The translations under genes and the position numbers were made by a program. A DNA stretch of 64,000 nucleotides from assembly GCA_036566745.1 (NCBI GenBank), contig DATCVR010000339.1, positions 2,580 through 66,579 on the forward strand. Reading direction: 5' to 3'. The stretch is from Jiangellaceae bacterium. GTDB taxonomy: Bacteria; Actinomycetota; Actinomycetes; Jiangellales; Jiangellaceae. The notes beneath the pieces were generated by a model. That model had not been told where the DNA came from. It saw only the letters and a list, made by a program, of their open reading frames with translations, and made no database searches. This document shows, one piece after another, positions 51,565-60,581 of the stretch (position 1 is the stretch's first letter; each line of letters starts with the position of its first letter).

Positions 51565-54500
51565 TCAGCTGGCTGGCCGGAGGGTCCGCTCGATGTAGAC
51601 CGGCGCCGGTTCGTCGGCGACGATCCGTCCGCCGGCCACCACCAGCACCCGGTCCACCCAGCGCAGCGACTGCGGCCGGTGGGTCACCACGAGCGTCGTG
51701 CGGCCGGCCGAGGCCACCCGCATCGCCTGGTTGACGCGCCGCTCGCTGGCCAGGTCGAGGTTCGACGTCGCCTCGTCGAGGATCAGGATCGACGGGTCGC
51801 CGAGCAGGGCCCGGGCCAGGCACACGAGCTGACGCTGGCCCGCCGACAGCGAGCGTCCGCGCTGGGCCACGACGTGGTGGTAGCCGCCGGGCAGCCGCTG
51901 GATGAAGGCGTGCGCCCCGACCGCGCGGCTGGCCGCCTCGACCTCCGCCGCGCTGGCGTCGGGCCGGGCGTAGGCGATGTTGTCCCGGATGGTGCGCGAG
52001 AACAGGAACGGCTCCTGTGGCACGTAGCCGAGGTGTTGCCGGTAGCTCGTCACGTCGAGCTCGTCGAGCGGGCGGCCGTCGACGAGCACCGCGCCCTCGG
52101 TGGGGTCGTAGAAGCGCGCGATCAGCTTGGACAGCGTCGACTTGCCGGCGCCCGTCCGTCCCACGAAGGCAACCCGCTGACCGGCCGGAACATGCAGGTC
52201 CACGTCGCGGATCGCATCCGTGGAGGCGCTCGCATAGCGCAGCCGCACCGAGTCGAAGCGCAGCTCGCCGCGCACGTCGTCCACAGGCGTGGCGTCCGGG
52301 CGCACCGGTGTCGACGTCTCGAGCGAGAGCAGACCACGCACCCGCACCAGCCCGGTGCGGGCGCGCTGGTAGACGTCGAAGACCTGCGACATCTGCTGGA
52401 TCGGGGCGAACACCTGAGCCAGGTACAGCAGGAAGGCCACGAGCGTCCCAAGGGCCAGCGTGCCCGACTCGATCCGCGCGGCGCCGACACCGAGAACGGC
52501 CGCGATGGCGAGCACCGAGAGCAGCTCGACCGTGGCGACGTACACGGCGGTGGCGAAGAGCCCACGCAGGCTTGCGGCCACGTACGCCCGGCCCAGCGCG
52601 GCGAACCGCGCCAGGTTCACCGCTTCCCGACGGTAGGCGTGCGTGATCCGGATTCCGGCCATGCCCTCCTGGATGGTGGCGTTGATCGTCGAGACTTGTT
52701 CGCGGGCCTCGTCGTAGGCGACCGAGGCCCTGCGGCGATACCACCAGGTGATGGCCGCGGCGAAGGGGATCACGCTGAGCACGACGAGGGCCAGCGTCGG
52801 GTCGAGCGCCACGACGACCACCGTCATGCCGCTGAACGTCGCGATGCTGACCACGGCGTTGATCAGCCCGATCTGGAACAGCTCGGCGATCGCGTCGACG
52901 TCGGAGGTCATCCGGGTCATCACCCGCCCGGCCTGGGTCCGGTCGTAGAAGTCGATGCCCAGACGCTGGAGCTGGCCGAAGATCCGCACCCGCAGGGCCA
53001 GCAGGAGTCGCTCGGTGCTGCGGGAGGTCCAGAGGTAGCCGGTGCGCTGGTCGAGCCAGAGCAGGACCACGAGCACCGCGGAGACACCGCAGATCGTGAC
53101 CAGTGCGGGGACCGAGCCGGCCAGCATCCCGTCGTCGACGGCCTCGCGGACCAGCATCGGGTTGACGAGGAGGATCGCTGCTTCGAGGACGACCAGCGCC
53201 AGCCCGACGAGCAGCCCACCGGCGTACGGGCGCAGGAACGCCACCAGCCGCAACGGACCCCGCGCGGCGCCTTCGCGGGTGAAGTCGACGACGGGCGGGT
53301 CCGTGGGCGCCGGGAGCGCGGCGATCTGCTCGGCGACCTCGGGCGGGATCGCCGTATCGGCGCCGGGGAGGTGGCCGGTGGCGTCCTGCCGCGACTCCCA
53401 GGCCGATGCCGTCACCGCGAACCGGCCGGTGCGGGCCCGGCTGATGAGCTCGGCGGAGTCCGGAGCGGCATCGGCCGGACCACCGCCCGGGGCCGGCACT
53501 GCGGCGTCCTCCCCGAACAGGTCGCGGTACAGCGCGGAGCGGACGAGCAGCTCGGTGTGGCTGCCCTGGTCGACGACCCGGCCGTCGTCGACCAGCACGA
53601 CGCGGTCGGCCAGCCTGAGCGTGGACTCGCGATAGGCGACGAGCAGGACGGTGCGCACGGCGAGGAACGGCGCGAGGTTGGCGTGGATCTCCTCCTCCAC
53701 CTGCACGTCCACCGATGACGTCGCGTCGTCCAGCAGCAGGATGCCGGGCTCGGCGAGCAGCGCCCGGGCCAGTGCCACGCGCTGACGCTGGCCGCCGGAG
53801 AGGGTGATGCCCTCCTCGCCCACCACGGTGTCGTAGCCCTCGGGCAGGCCGGTGATGAAGGTGTCGGCCGCCGCCGCCCGGGCCGCCGTGCGGATCTCCT
53901 CCAGCGTCGCTTGCGGGCGTCCGTAGGAGATGTTCGCCGCGATGGTGTCGGAGAACAGGAAGCTGTTCTCGAACACCACCCCGATCCGTCGCCTGAGCTC
54001 GGGCAGCGACCACCGCCGCACGTCGATGCCGTCGATGGTCACGGTGCCCGCGTCGGCGTCGAAGAACCTCGGCAGCATGGTCAGCGCCGTCGACTTGCCG
54101 CACCCCGACGCCCCGACCAGCGCCACCGTCTCACCCGCGGCGACGTCGAGGGTGAATCCGCGCAGCACCTGGTGGCCGTCGCCGTCGGCGTAGGCGAAGC
54201 GCACGTCCCGGAAGGACACCACACCGCCCTGGTCGGCGACGTCGATCGGGCGCAGCGGCTCGGTGATCTCCGCCTCGAGGTCGAGCAGCTCACCGACCCG
54301 CTCGGTGGCCGCCCGGCACAGCGGTGCGTGGACCATGATCACCCCGGCGACCCGGGCCAGGCCGACCAACTCGGCCAGGTAGCCCGTGCACGCCAGGAAG
54401 ACGCCGACCGTCAGCTGCCCGTTCAGGACGAGCAGGCCGCCCACCAGCAGCACCAGGACCTGCCCGGCGAGCGGCGCGCCCTGCAGTGAGGCGATGAACG

Positions 54501-55314
54501 GCGCCCGCAGCCGGACCGCCCGCACTCGCGAGGCGAACATGCCCAGGAGCGATCCGTGGAGGCGCCGGGTCTCGGCCGGTTGCTGGCCGAAGGCCCGCAC
54601 CACCCGCACGCCGGTGACCGCCTCCTCGACCAGCGACGTCATCTCGGCTTCGCGCTCCTGCGCGTCCCAGCCCGCGGCGTACACCCGGCGGCGCTGCCGG
54701 TGGGTGACGGCGAACACGGCCACGATCACGCCCAGGACCAGCGCAGCGACCGGGGGAGACAGGACGAACATCACGACCAGCGCGAGGCTCGCCGAGGTGG
54801 CCGCAGCGGCGACCTGGGGGATCCAGCTCAGCAGCAGGTGGACGTAGCGCAGGTCGCTGCTGATGCGCGACACCAGCTGGCCGCTCTGCAGCTGCGCGTG
54901 ACCGGTGAAGTCGAGGCGCTGCAGCGTGTCGTACACGTCGCGACGCAGCTCGTCCTGGATTCGGAACGCGGTCGTGCCGCCGAGGTAGCGCCAGCCCGCC
55001 GACAGGACGAACCGGCTCACCGCGAGGACGGCCAGCAGCATCAGCAGGGGCATCAGCGGCGCGGTGCCGGCCACGATCGCGTCGTCGATGACCCGGCCCT
55101 GCGTGACGGGGAGGAAGGCGACGGTCACCGCCCACCCGATCGCCAGGACGGCCGAGACGAGCAGGGTCCGCTTGTGCCGGAGGAGATAGGGGGCGAGGCG
55201 GCGGAAGGAGCCCGGAGGAGCGGCCGGCCGGCCGGGTGACTCTGTGTCGATCGGGAGCGAGACCGAGGCAGCGGCGGGATCTGAGGGGCGCGAGGAGGAT
55301 GTGCGACTGGGCAC
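51565..55314 (-). CDS. Fused full-length ABC exporter (TMD-NBD-TMD-NBD in one 1249-aa polypeptide), Rv0194-like architecture
   Basis: Two Walker A motifs (GASGCGKST, GRTGAGKST), two signature motifs (LSGGQRQR, LSAGQRQL), and two TMD blocks. GTG start after GGAG. Confidence 0.85.
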   Translation of the reverse strand: MPSRTSSSRPSDPAAASVSLPIDTESPGRPAAPPGSFRRLAPYLLRHKRTLLVSAVLAIGWAVTVAFLPVTQGRVIDDAIVAGTAPLMPLLMLLAVLAVSRFVLSAGWRYLGGTTAFRIQDELRRDVYDTLQRLDFTGHAQLQSGQLVSRISSDLRYVHLLLSWIPQVAAAATSASLALVVMFVLSPPVAALVLGVIVAVFAVTHRQRRRVYAAGWDAQEREAEMTSLVEEAVTGVRVVRAFGQQPAETRRLHGSLLGMFASRVRAVRLRAPFIASLQGAPLAGQVLVLLVGGLLVLNGQLTVGVFLACTGYLAELVGLARVAGVIMVHAPLCRAATERVGELLDLEAEITEPLRPIDVADQGGVVSFRDVRFAYADGDGHQVLRGFTLDVAAGETVALVGASGCGKSTALTMLPRFFDADAGTVTIDGIDVRRWSLPELRRRIGVVFENSFLFSDTIAANISYGRPQATLEEIRTAARAAAADTFITGLPEGYDTVVGEEGITLSGGQRQRVALARALLAEPGILLLDDATSSVDVQVEEEIHANLAPFLAVRTVLLVAYRESTLRLADRVVLVDDGRVVDQGSHTELLVRSALYRDLFGEDAAVPAPGGGPADAAPDSAELISRARTGRFAVTASAWESRQDATGHLPGADTAIPPEVAEQIAALPAPTDPPVVDFTREGAARGPLRLVAFLRPYAGGLLVGLALVVLEAAILLVNPMLVREAVDDGMLAGSVPALVTICGVSAVLVVLLWLDQRTGYLWTSRSTERLLLALRVRIFGQLQRLGIDFYDRTQAGRVMTRMTSDVDAIAELFQIGLINAVVSIATFSGMTVVVVALDPTLALVVLSVIPFAAAITWWYRRRASVAYDEAREQVSTINATIQEGMAGIRITHAYRREAVNLARFAALGRAYVAASLRGLFATAVYVATVELLSVLAIAAVLGVGAARIESGTLALGTLVAFLLYLAQVFAPIQQMSQVFDVYQRARTGLVRVRGLLSLETSTPVRPDATPVDDVRGELRFDSVRLRYASASTDAIRDVDLHVPAGQRVAFVGRTGAGKSTLSKLIARFYDPTEGAVLVDGRPLDELDVTSYRQHLGYVPQEPFLFSRTIRDNIAYARPDASAAEVEAASRAVGAHAFIQRLPGGYHHVVAQRGRSLSAGQRQLVCLARALLGDPSILILDEATSNLDLASERRVNQAMRVASAGRTTLVVTHRPQSLRWVDRVLVVAGGRIVADEPAPVYIERTLRPAS

Positions 55315-55444
55315 GGTGAACTCCGAGGCGAGGCTCGAGCGACGGGGTGATGGCCCGATCTGGACCGATAGTGACCCTACGCGGGCAACTGAACGGTCTC
55401 AACACGATTCGCCGGCCCGGTCGTGGCCAGGATCGGCCATCGGC

Positions 55445-55822
55445 TCAGATCTCCGGGAACGGGTCCTCCGGCAGGGCATCCGGCCCGTCGAGCTCCGCGT
55501 CGGCGGCGGCCACGGCGGCGAGGTACTCCTCGGCGATCTCGTAGTAGCGACCGCCGAACTCGATCGTCGGCGTGAGGGAGGTGTCGATCGGCCCCAGCCG
55601 CTGCGAGCGGGGGAACTCCTGGGCGATCTGGGCGGGCCGATGCCGGCGGAACGTGCCGCCCACGACGATCACGATGCGGCGGTCGGTGACGACGATGAAG
55701 CACTCGGCGGCGTAGGCGATCACGCCCACGCCGGCGGCCAGGGTGGGAATCAGGTAGCGGATCGATTCGCCCTGGTCGAGGAGCTCCCGACACCGTCGGC
55801 GTACGTCGGCCGGGACCGGCAT
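55445..55822 (-). CDS. Hypothetical small soluble protein (PH/GRAM-like pattern) upstream of the ABC exporter
   Basis: SD GAGGAGG lies 8 nt before the ATG at 55822, and GC3 is high. ESIRYLIP...FIVVTDRRIVIV resembles bacterial PH-like domains (weak). Confidence 0.5.
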   Translation of the reverse strand: MPVPADVRRRCRELLDQGESIRYLIPTLAAGVGVIAYAAECFIVVTDRRIVIVVGGTFRRHRPAQIAQEFPRSQRLGPIDTSLTPTIEFGGRYYEIAEEYLAAVAAADAELDGPDALPEDPFPEI

Positions 55823-55913
55823 CGGCGCCACCTCCTCGTGGGACCGTTTCGTGCCGCGAACCTAAGCCCGGCCGGCGGGTCGCGTCGAGATGTCGAGACG
55901 TCGAGACCGCGAC

Positions 55914-55940
55914 CAATCCGGATCCGGACCGGTCGCGAAC
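55914..55940 (+). promoter_or_regulatory. ECF-type promoter candidate CAATCC-N16-CGAAC (shared with the sigK upstream region)
   Basis: CAATCC at 55914-55919 and CGAAC at 55936-55940. The 14-mer GACCAATCCGGATC (55911-55924) is identical to 59887-59900. The ATG at 55948 implies a near-leaderless mRNA. Confidence 0.4.
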
Positions 55941-55947
55941 ACCGGGC

Positions 55948-57584
55948 ATGAAGCTTCGGCCGTCGTCGACGACAGTGCGCGCCGCCCTCGCTGGCGCGCT
56001 CGCAGGAGGCGTCGCGCTCGGGGTCGGCGAACTGGTGTCGGCTGCGGTCGGCCCGGCGTCGGCGCCCTTCCTCGCGGTCGGCAACGCGTTCGTCGACCTC
56101 ACGCCGGAGTGGCTGAAGAGCTTCGCGATCCGCACGTTCGGCCAGAACGACAAGATCGTGCTGCTGCTGGGGATGGCCGGGGTGATCGCCCTGGGTGCGG
56201 CTCTGGCCGGGGTGCTCGAACTGCGCCGCCCGCCCGCGGGCTCGGTGGTGCTGGCGGCGGCCGGCCTCGTGGCCGGTGCGGCGGCGCTGACCCGTCCGGC
56301 CGCGACGCTGGTCGACGTGGTGCCGACGGTGGCCGGGATCGCGCTCGGCGTCGTGGTGCTGCGCGTCCTGGTGGGACACCTGCGTGCCGCGACCAAGACA
56401 CCCGCGGTGCCGGAGGCGGCGGGCCCGACGGTCGAGTCGGCCGGCGAGTCGGTAGCCGAGCCGACTGGCGATTCGGCTGCTCAGCTGACCGGCGAGACGG
56501 CCGGCGAGGCCCGGCTGCGCCGCCGCCGTTTCCTCGTGTTGTCGGCGGCTGCGGCCGGGCTCGCCGTGCTGGCGACCGTCGGAGGCCGGCGGCTCGGTCA
56601 GGCCGCGCAGGACGTGCGGGCCGCGCGTGATCGGCTGCGACTCCCCACGCCGGCCGGTGTCGCCCCGGCACTGCCTTCGGGCGTCCAGCTCTCGACGTCG
56701 ACGGCATCACCGCGTTCCGCACGCCGAATGCCGACTTCTACCGCGTCGACACCGCGCTGTCGGTGCCGAAGGTCCTTCCGGAGGACTGGCGGCTACGGGT
56801 CCACGGCATGGTCGAGAGCCCGTTCGAGCTGGACTTCTCCGACGTCCTCGACCTCGAGCTGGTCGAGCGGATGATCACGCTGACCTGCGTCTCGAACGAG
56901 GTGGGCGGCGACCTCGCCGGCAACGCGACCTGGCTCGGCTACCCGCTGGCCGCCCTGCTGGACCGCGCCGGGCCGAGCGCCGACGCCGACATGGTCCTCT
57001 CGACCAGCGTCGACGGCTTCACGGTCGGGACCCCGCTGGCCGCGCTCACCGACGGCCGCGACGCGCTGCTCGCGATCGGGATGAACGGCGTACCGCTGCC
57101 GCTCGAACACGGCTTCCCGGCCCGGATGGTGGTGCCCGGCCTGTACGGCTACGTCTCGGCGACGAAGTGGGTCGTCGACCTGGAGGTCACCCGGTTCGAC
57201 CGGGCCAGCGCGTACTGGACCGACCGCGGCTGGGCCGCCGAGGCGCCGATCAAGACCGCCTCGCGGATCGACGTCCCGGGCTCGTTCGCCAAGCTCACCG
57301 CGGGCCCGACCACGGTCGCCGGCGTCGCGTGGGCCCAGCACCGGGGTGTCTCCGCGGTCGAGGTCCGCGTCGACGACGGGCCGTGGGACGAGGCCCGACT
57401 CGCGGACGAGGCATCCGTGGACACCTGGCGGCAGTGGGTGTGGGAGTGGGACGCCACCCCTGGCCGCCACACCCTCCGGGTCCGGGCCACCGACGGCGTC
57501 GGTGCGGTCCAGATCGAGGACACGGCTCCGCCGTTCCCCGAGGGGTCCAGCGGCTGGCACTCCGTCTCGGTGGAGGTGAGCTGA
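55948..57584 (+). pseudogene. Membrane-anchored molybdopterin-dependent (sulfite-oxidase-fold) oxidoreductase, split by a frame shift of -1 near 56690
   Basis: Frame A (55948-) encodes TM helices and reads ...ALPSGVQL. Frame B continues DVDGITAFRTPNADFYRVDTALSVPKV...TLTCVSNEVGG...GFPARMVVPGLYGYVSATKW to 57584. The junction lies in the TCGACGTCGACG direct repeat. Confidence 0.7.
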
Positions 57585-57642
57585 CCAGACCTGACGGCTT
57601 CATCTGCTCGGAACCGCATCCGCATTCACGAGAGGACCTGTC

Positions 57643-58317
57643 ATGAAGTTCCTGAACATCCGCCGTTCCGCCCTCGTCGCCACCGCGGCGTTCCTGGCCC
57701 TGACCACGGCCGCCTGTGGCGCCGACGACACCTCGACCGGCTCCGGCTCGGACGACACGTCGACGTCGGCGGCCGAGGAGCCGACCGAGGACGACCTGGC
57801 GAGCGAGAGCCCCGAGGAGATGGCCGGGCCGGTCGGCCCGGGCTGCGCCGACTACGCCGCCATGGTTCCCGACGGCGCCGGCTCGGTCGAGGGCATGTCC
57901 GAGGCCCCCGTGGCCACGGCGGCGTCCAACAACCCGCTGCTCACGACTCTGGTCAAAGCCGTCTCCGGGCAGCTCAACCCGGACGTGAACCTCGTCGACA
58001 CCCTCAACGGCGACGAGTTCACCGTCTTCGCGCCCGTGGACGACGCGTTCGCCGCGGTCGACCCCGCGACCATCACGGCTCTCTCGACCGACGCGGACCT
58101 GCTGTCCACGGTGCTCACGTACCACGTGGTGCCGGGACAGCTCGCGCCCGAGGACGTCGTGGGCGACCAGACCACCGTCCAGGGCGGCACCGTCACCGTG
58201 ACGGGCACGCCCGCGGCGCTCGAGGTCAACGACGCCGGCGTGATCTGCGGTGGTGTCACGACGGCCAACGCGACCGTCTACCTGATCGACGGCGTGCTGA
58301 TGCCGCCCACCAGCTGA
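57643..58317 (+). CDS. Fasciclin (FAS1)-domain lipoprotein, MPT70/MPT83-like
   Basis: Lipobox [17 protein letters not shown], and [10 protein letters not shown]. Confidence 0.85.
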   Translation: MKFLNIRRSALVATAAFLALTTAACGADDTSTGSGSDDTSTSAAEEPTEDDLASESPEEMAGPVGPGCADYAAMVPDGAGSVEGMSEAPVATAASNNPLLTTLVKAVSGQLNPDVNLVDTLNGDEFTVFAPVDDAFAAVDPATITALSTDADLLSTVLTYHVVPGQLAPEDVVGDQTTVQGGTVTVTGTPAALEVNDAGVICGGVTTANATVYLIDGVLMPPTS

Positions 58318-58324
58318 TCACCGA

Positions 58325-58386
58325 CGGGGAGGAGCCCGGTCCGGGGCGAGTCGGCTCCGGGCCGGGCTTCGTCGTAGTCCTCCCCG
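58325..58386. terminator. Nested hairpin in the convergent gap between the fasciclin and cfa genes (bidirectional terminator candidate)
   Basis: Outer stem CGGGGAGGA (58325-58333) pairs with TCCTCCCCG (58378-58386). Inner stem is GCCCGGTCCGG/CCGGGCCGGGC. Confidence 0.45.
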
Positions 58387-58394
58387 CCGAGGGG

Positions 58395-59660
58395 TCAGCG
58401 CACGCCTCCGGTGCTGAGAGTGAGCTGGCTGACGTCGATCCGACCGGCCCGGAATCCCGCCTCGCAGTAGGCGAGGTAGTACTCCCACATCCGGCGGAAG
58501 ACGTGGTCGAATCCGAGGGCCGCCACCGTCTCCTCGGCCGCGAGGAAACGCTCGCGCCACAGCCGGAGCGTCTCGGCGTAGTGCTGCCCGAACGCGCGGC
58601 GGTGGAGGACCCGGAGGCCGCCGTCACGCGCGGCGTGGTCGCGGATCGCGGTCGTCGACGGGATCAGCCCGCCCGGGAAGATGTACTTGTGGACCCAGCC
58701 CCACGACCGGCGGGTGTTGAGCAGGTGCTGGTGGGGCATGGTGATCGCCTGCAGGCCCACCCGCCCGCCGGGCGCCAGCAGCCGGCCCAGCGCGCCGAAG
58801 TAGTCGGGCCAGTACCGCTCGCCCACCGCCTCGATCATCTCGACGCTGACGATCGCGTCGAACTCTCCCTCGACGTCGCGGTAGTCACGCACCACGACGT
58901 CCACCCGATCGGCCACCCCGGCGTCGTCCACCCGCTGCTGGGCCAGGGCCCGCTGCTCCGCCGAGAGGGTGATCGTGGTGACCCGGGCCGAGCGCTCGGT
59001 CGCGGCCCGCACCGCGAGCGCGCCCCAGCCGCTGCCGATCTCCAGGAGGTGGGTGTCCCGGCCCACCGACGCGGCATCGAGGATCGCGTCGATCTTGCGC
59101 AGCTGGGCCCGTTCGAGGTCGTCGCCGGGGGAGAACAATGCCGACGAGTAGGTCATCGTCGGGTCGAGGAACGCCGCGAACAGCTCGTTGGACAGGTCGT
59201 AGTGGCGGGCGACGTTGCGCCGCGCGCCGTGGCGGTCGGGGTCCTCGCCTTCGGGCATCGGAGCGTCGACGAGGCGACGCACACGCTGCAACGGCTCGGG
59301 GACCAGGTCGGTGAGCCGGTCCGCCATCACGGCGAGGAGGCCGGGGAGGTCGTCGGTGTCCCAGGCCCCGCTCATCCAGCCCTCGCCGAAGCCGATGAGT
59401 CGATCGGCGCCGAGGCGGGAGAAGAATTCGTCAGGCCGGACGACCCTGAGCACAGGCACTCCGGCTCCTGCCCCGAACGTGGTTCCATCGGGCAGCCGCA
59501 CCTGGAACCCGGCCACCTCCGACGCTCTCCGGAGCACCGCGCGGGCGATCCGCGCCCGTCCGGGGGCCCAAGGTCGAGCGGCGATGTCCGGCCAGAGCCG
59601 GGCGTCGACGGGAGCAGGGCGCGGCGCCCTGCCGGTCGATGAGGTCGGATACGTGGTCAT
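58395..59660 (-). CDS. cfa: Cyclopropane-fatty-acyl-phospholipid synthase-family SAM methyltransferase (UfaA1-like)
   Basis: HYDLSNELFAAFLDPTMTYSSALF, LLEIGSGWGALA, and the C-terminal WEYYLAYCEAGF. Confidence 0.88.
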   Translation of the reverse strand: MTTYPTSSTGRAPRPAPVDARLWPDIAARPWAPGRARIARAVLRRASEVAGFQVRLPDGTTFGAGAGVPVLRVVRPDEFFSRLGADRLIGFGEGWMSGAWDTDDLPGLLAVMADRLTDLVPEPLQRVRRLVDAPMPEGEDPDRHGARRNVARHYDLSNELFAAFLDPTMTYSSALFSPGDDLERAQLRKIDAILDAASVGRDTHLLEIGSGWGALAVRAATERSARVTTITLSAEQRALAQQRVDDAGVADRVDVVVRDYRDVEGEFDAIVSVEMIEAVGERYWPDYFGALGRLLAPGGRVGLQAITMPHQHLLNTRRSWGWVHKYIFPGGLIPSTTAIRDHAARDGGLRVLHRRAFGQHYAETLRLWRERFLAAEETVAALGFDHVFRRMWEYYLAYCEAGFRAGRIDVSQLTLSTGGVR

Positions 59661-59845
59661 CAGCTCGCCTCCCAGAATCGGCTGGCAACTATCCGCATGC
59701 GTGCTCCATTCTCAGGTGGTGCCAGCGCCGTCCGGCCCGGGGCCCGTCCCAGCCACGTGCACCAGCACAGCGGTCGGCGGTTTCCGTTCGGTTGCTGCTC
59801 ACTTGTCGATCGAGCTGTCAGGCATCGTGGCGGAGCATCATCCGG

Positions 59846-59916
59846 ATTCGTGAGGCCGATCCGTGGTCGGATTGGTGCATGTCGCGGACCAATCCGGATC
59901 GGCCGCCGCGACGAAT
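59846..59916. promoter_or_regulatory. Back-to-back ECF-type promoter candidates (ACCAATCC boxes on both strands) between cfa and sigK
   Basis: Plus strand: CAATCC 59890-59895, N16, CGAAT 59912-59916. Minus strand: CAATCC is the complement of 59869-59874, N18, CGAAT the complement of 59846-59850. Confidence 0.4.
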
Positions 59917-59990
59917 GACGGGCGGGAAGCGACGGGACCCGACCCGAAGGAGCCGGTCATGACGACGAACCCGCCGATCGGGGGCTGCTG

Positions 59991-60581
59991 ATGCCGACCC
60001 TGCGTTCCGTGCCGGCCGGCGAGTCCGGAGCCGGAGGCGATCCGCTGGGCGCGCTCCTCGACCGCACCGCGCGTGGCGACGTCGCGGCGTTCGACCAGGT
60101 CTACGACCGGGTGGCCGGTGCGGTGCTCGGCCTGGCCACGCGGGTGGTGCGTAACCGCGCGCTGGCCGAGGAGGTCGCGCAGGACGTGCTGGTCGAAGTG
60201 TGGCGGACCGCTGCCCGGTACGAGTCCGGCCGGGGCTCCGCGCAGGGCTGGATCATGACGATCGCGCATCGTCGCGCTGTCGACCGGGTGCGGCGGGAGC
60301 AGGCCGCCACCGAGCGCGAGGAGCGGGTGGCCGCCCGTGACGAGCGGCGTCCTCACGACGAGGTGGGCGAGGCCGTCGAGACGAGCCTCGAGCGCGAGCA
60401 GGTGCGACGATGCATGGGCTCGCTCACCGACCTCCAACGCGAGTCCGTCGCGCTCGCGTACTACGACGGGTACACCTACCGGGAGGTGGCGCAGTTGCTC
60501 CATACGCCACTGGGCACCATCAAGTCCCGGCTGCGCGACGGCTTGATCCGGTTGCGCGACTGCATGGGGCTGGGGCGATGA
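59991..60581 (+). CDS. sigK: ECF sigma factor SigK-like
   Basis: By eye it is collinear with M. tuberculosis SigK as recalled (WIMTIAHRRAVDRVRREQ, LTDLQRESVALAYYDGYTYREVA, TIKSRLRDGL). An RskA-type anti-sigma gene follows. Confidence 0.8.
   Translation: MPTLRSVPAGESGAGGDPLGALLDRTARGDVAAFDQVYDRVAGAVLGLATRVVRNRALAEEVAQDVLVEVWRTAARYESGRGSAQGWIMTIAHRRAVDRVRREQAATEREERVAARDERRPHDEVGEAVETSLEREQVRRCMGSLTDLQRESVALAYYDGYTYREVAQLLHTPLGTIKSRLRDGLIRLRDCMGLGR

Noticed and set aside
56520-56545. Internal RRRRFLVLSAAAAGLAVLA segment in the molybdoenzyme read as a Tat signal, which would imply a separate gene start.
   Set aside because: The motif is in frame with and downstream of several TM helices of the same ORF. 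Homologous actinobacterial proteins, as I recall them, have this TM-plus-Tat-like-plus-Mo-domain architecture, so it is not evidence for a separate gene.
57608-57642. GGAACC upstream of the fasciclin gene as an ECF -35 box, and the 8-mer ATCCGCAT shared with 59691-59698.
   Set aside because: The implied TSS would fall on or after the SD and ATG. The 8-mer is in opposite orientations relative to the two genes and could occur by chance. The fasciclin gene is more simply co-transcribed from the 55914 promoter.
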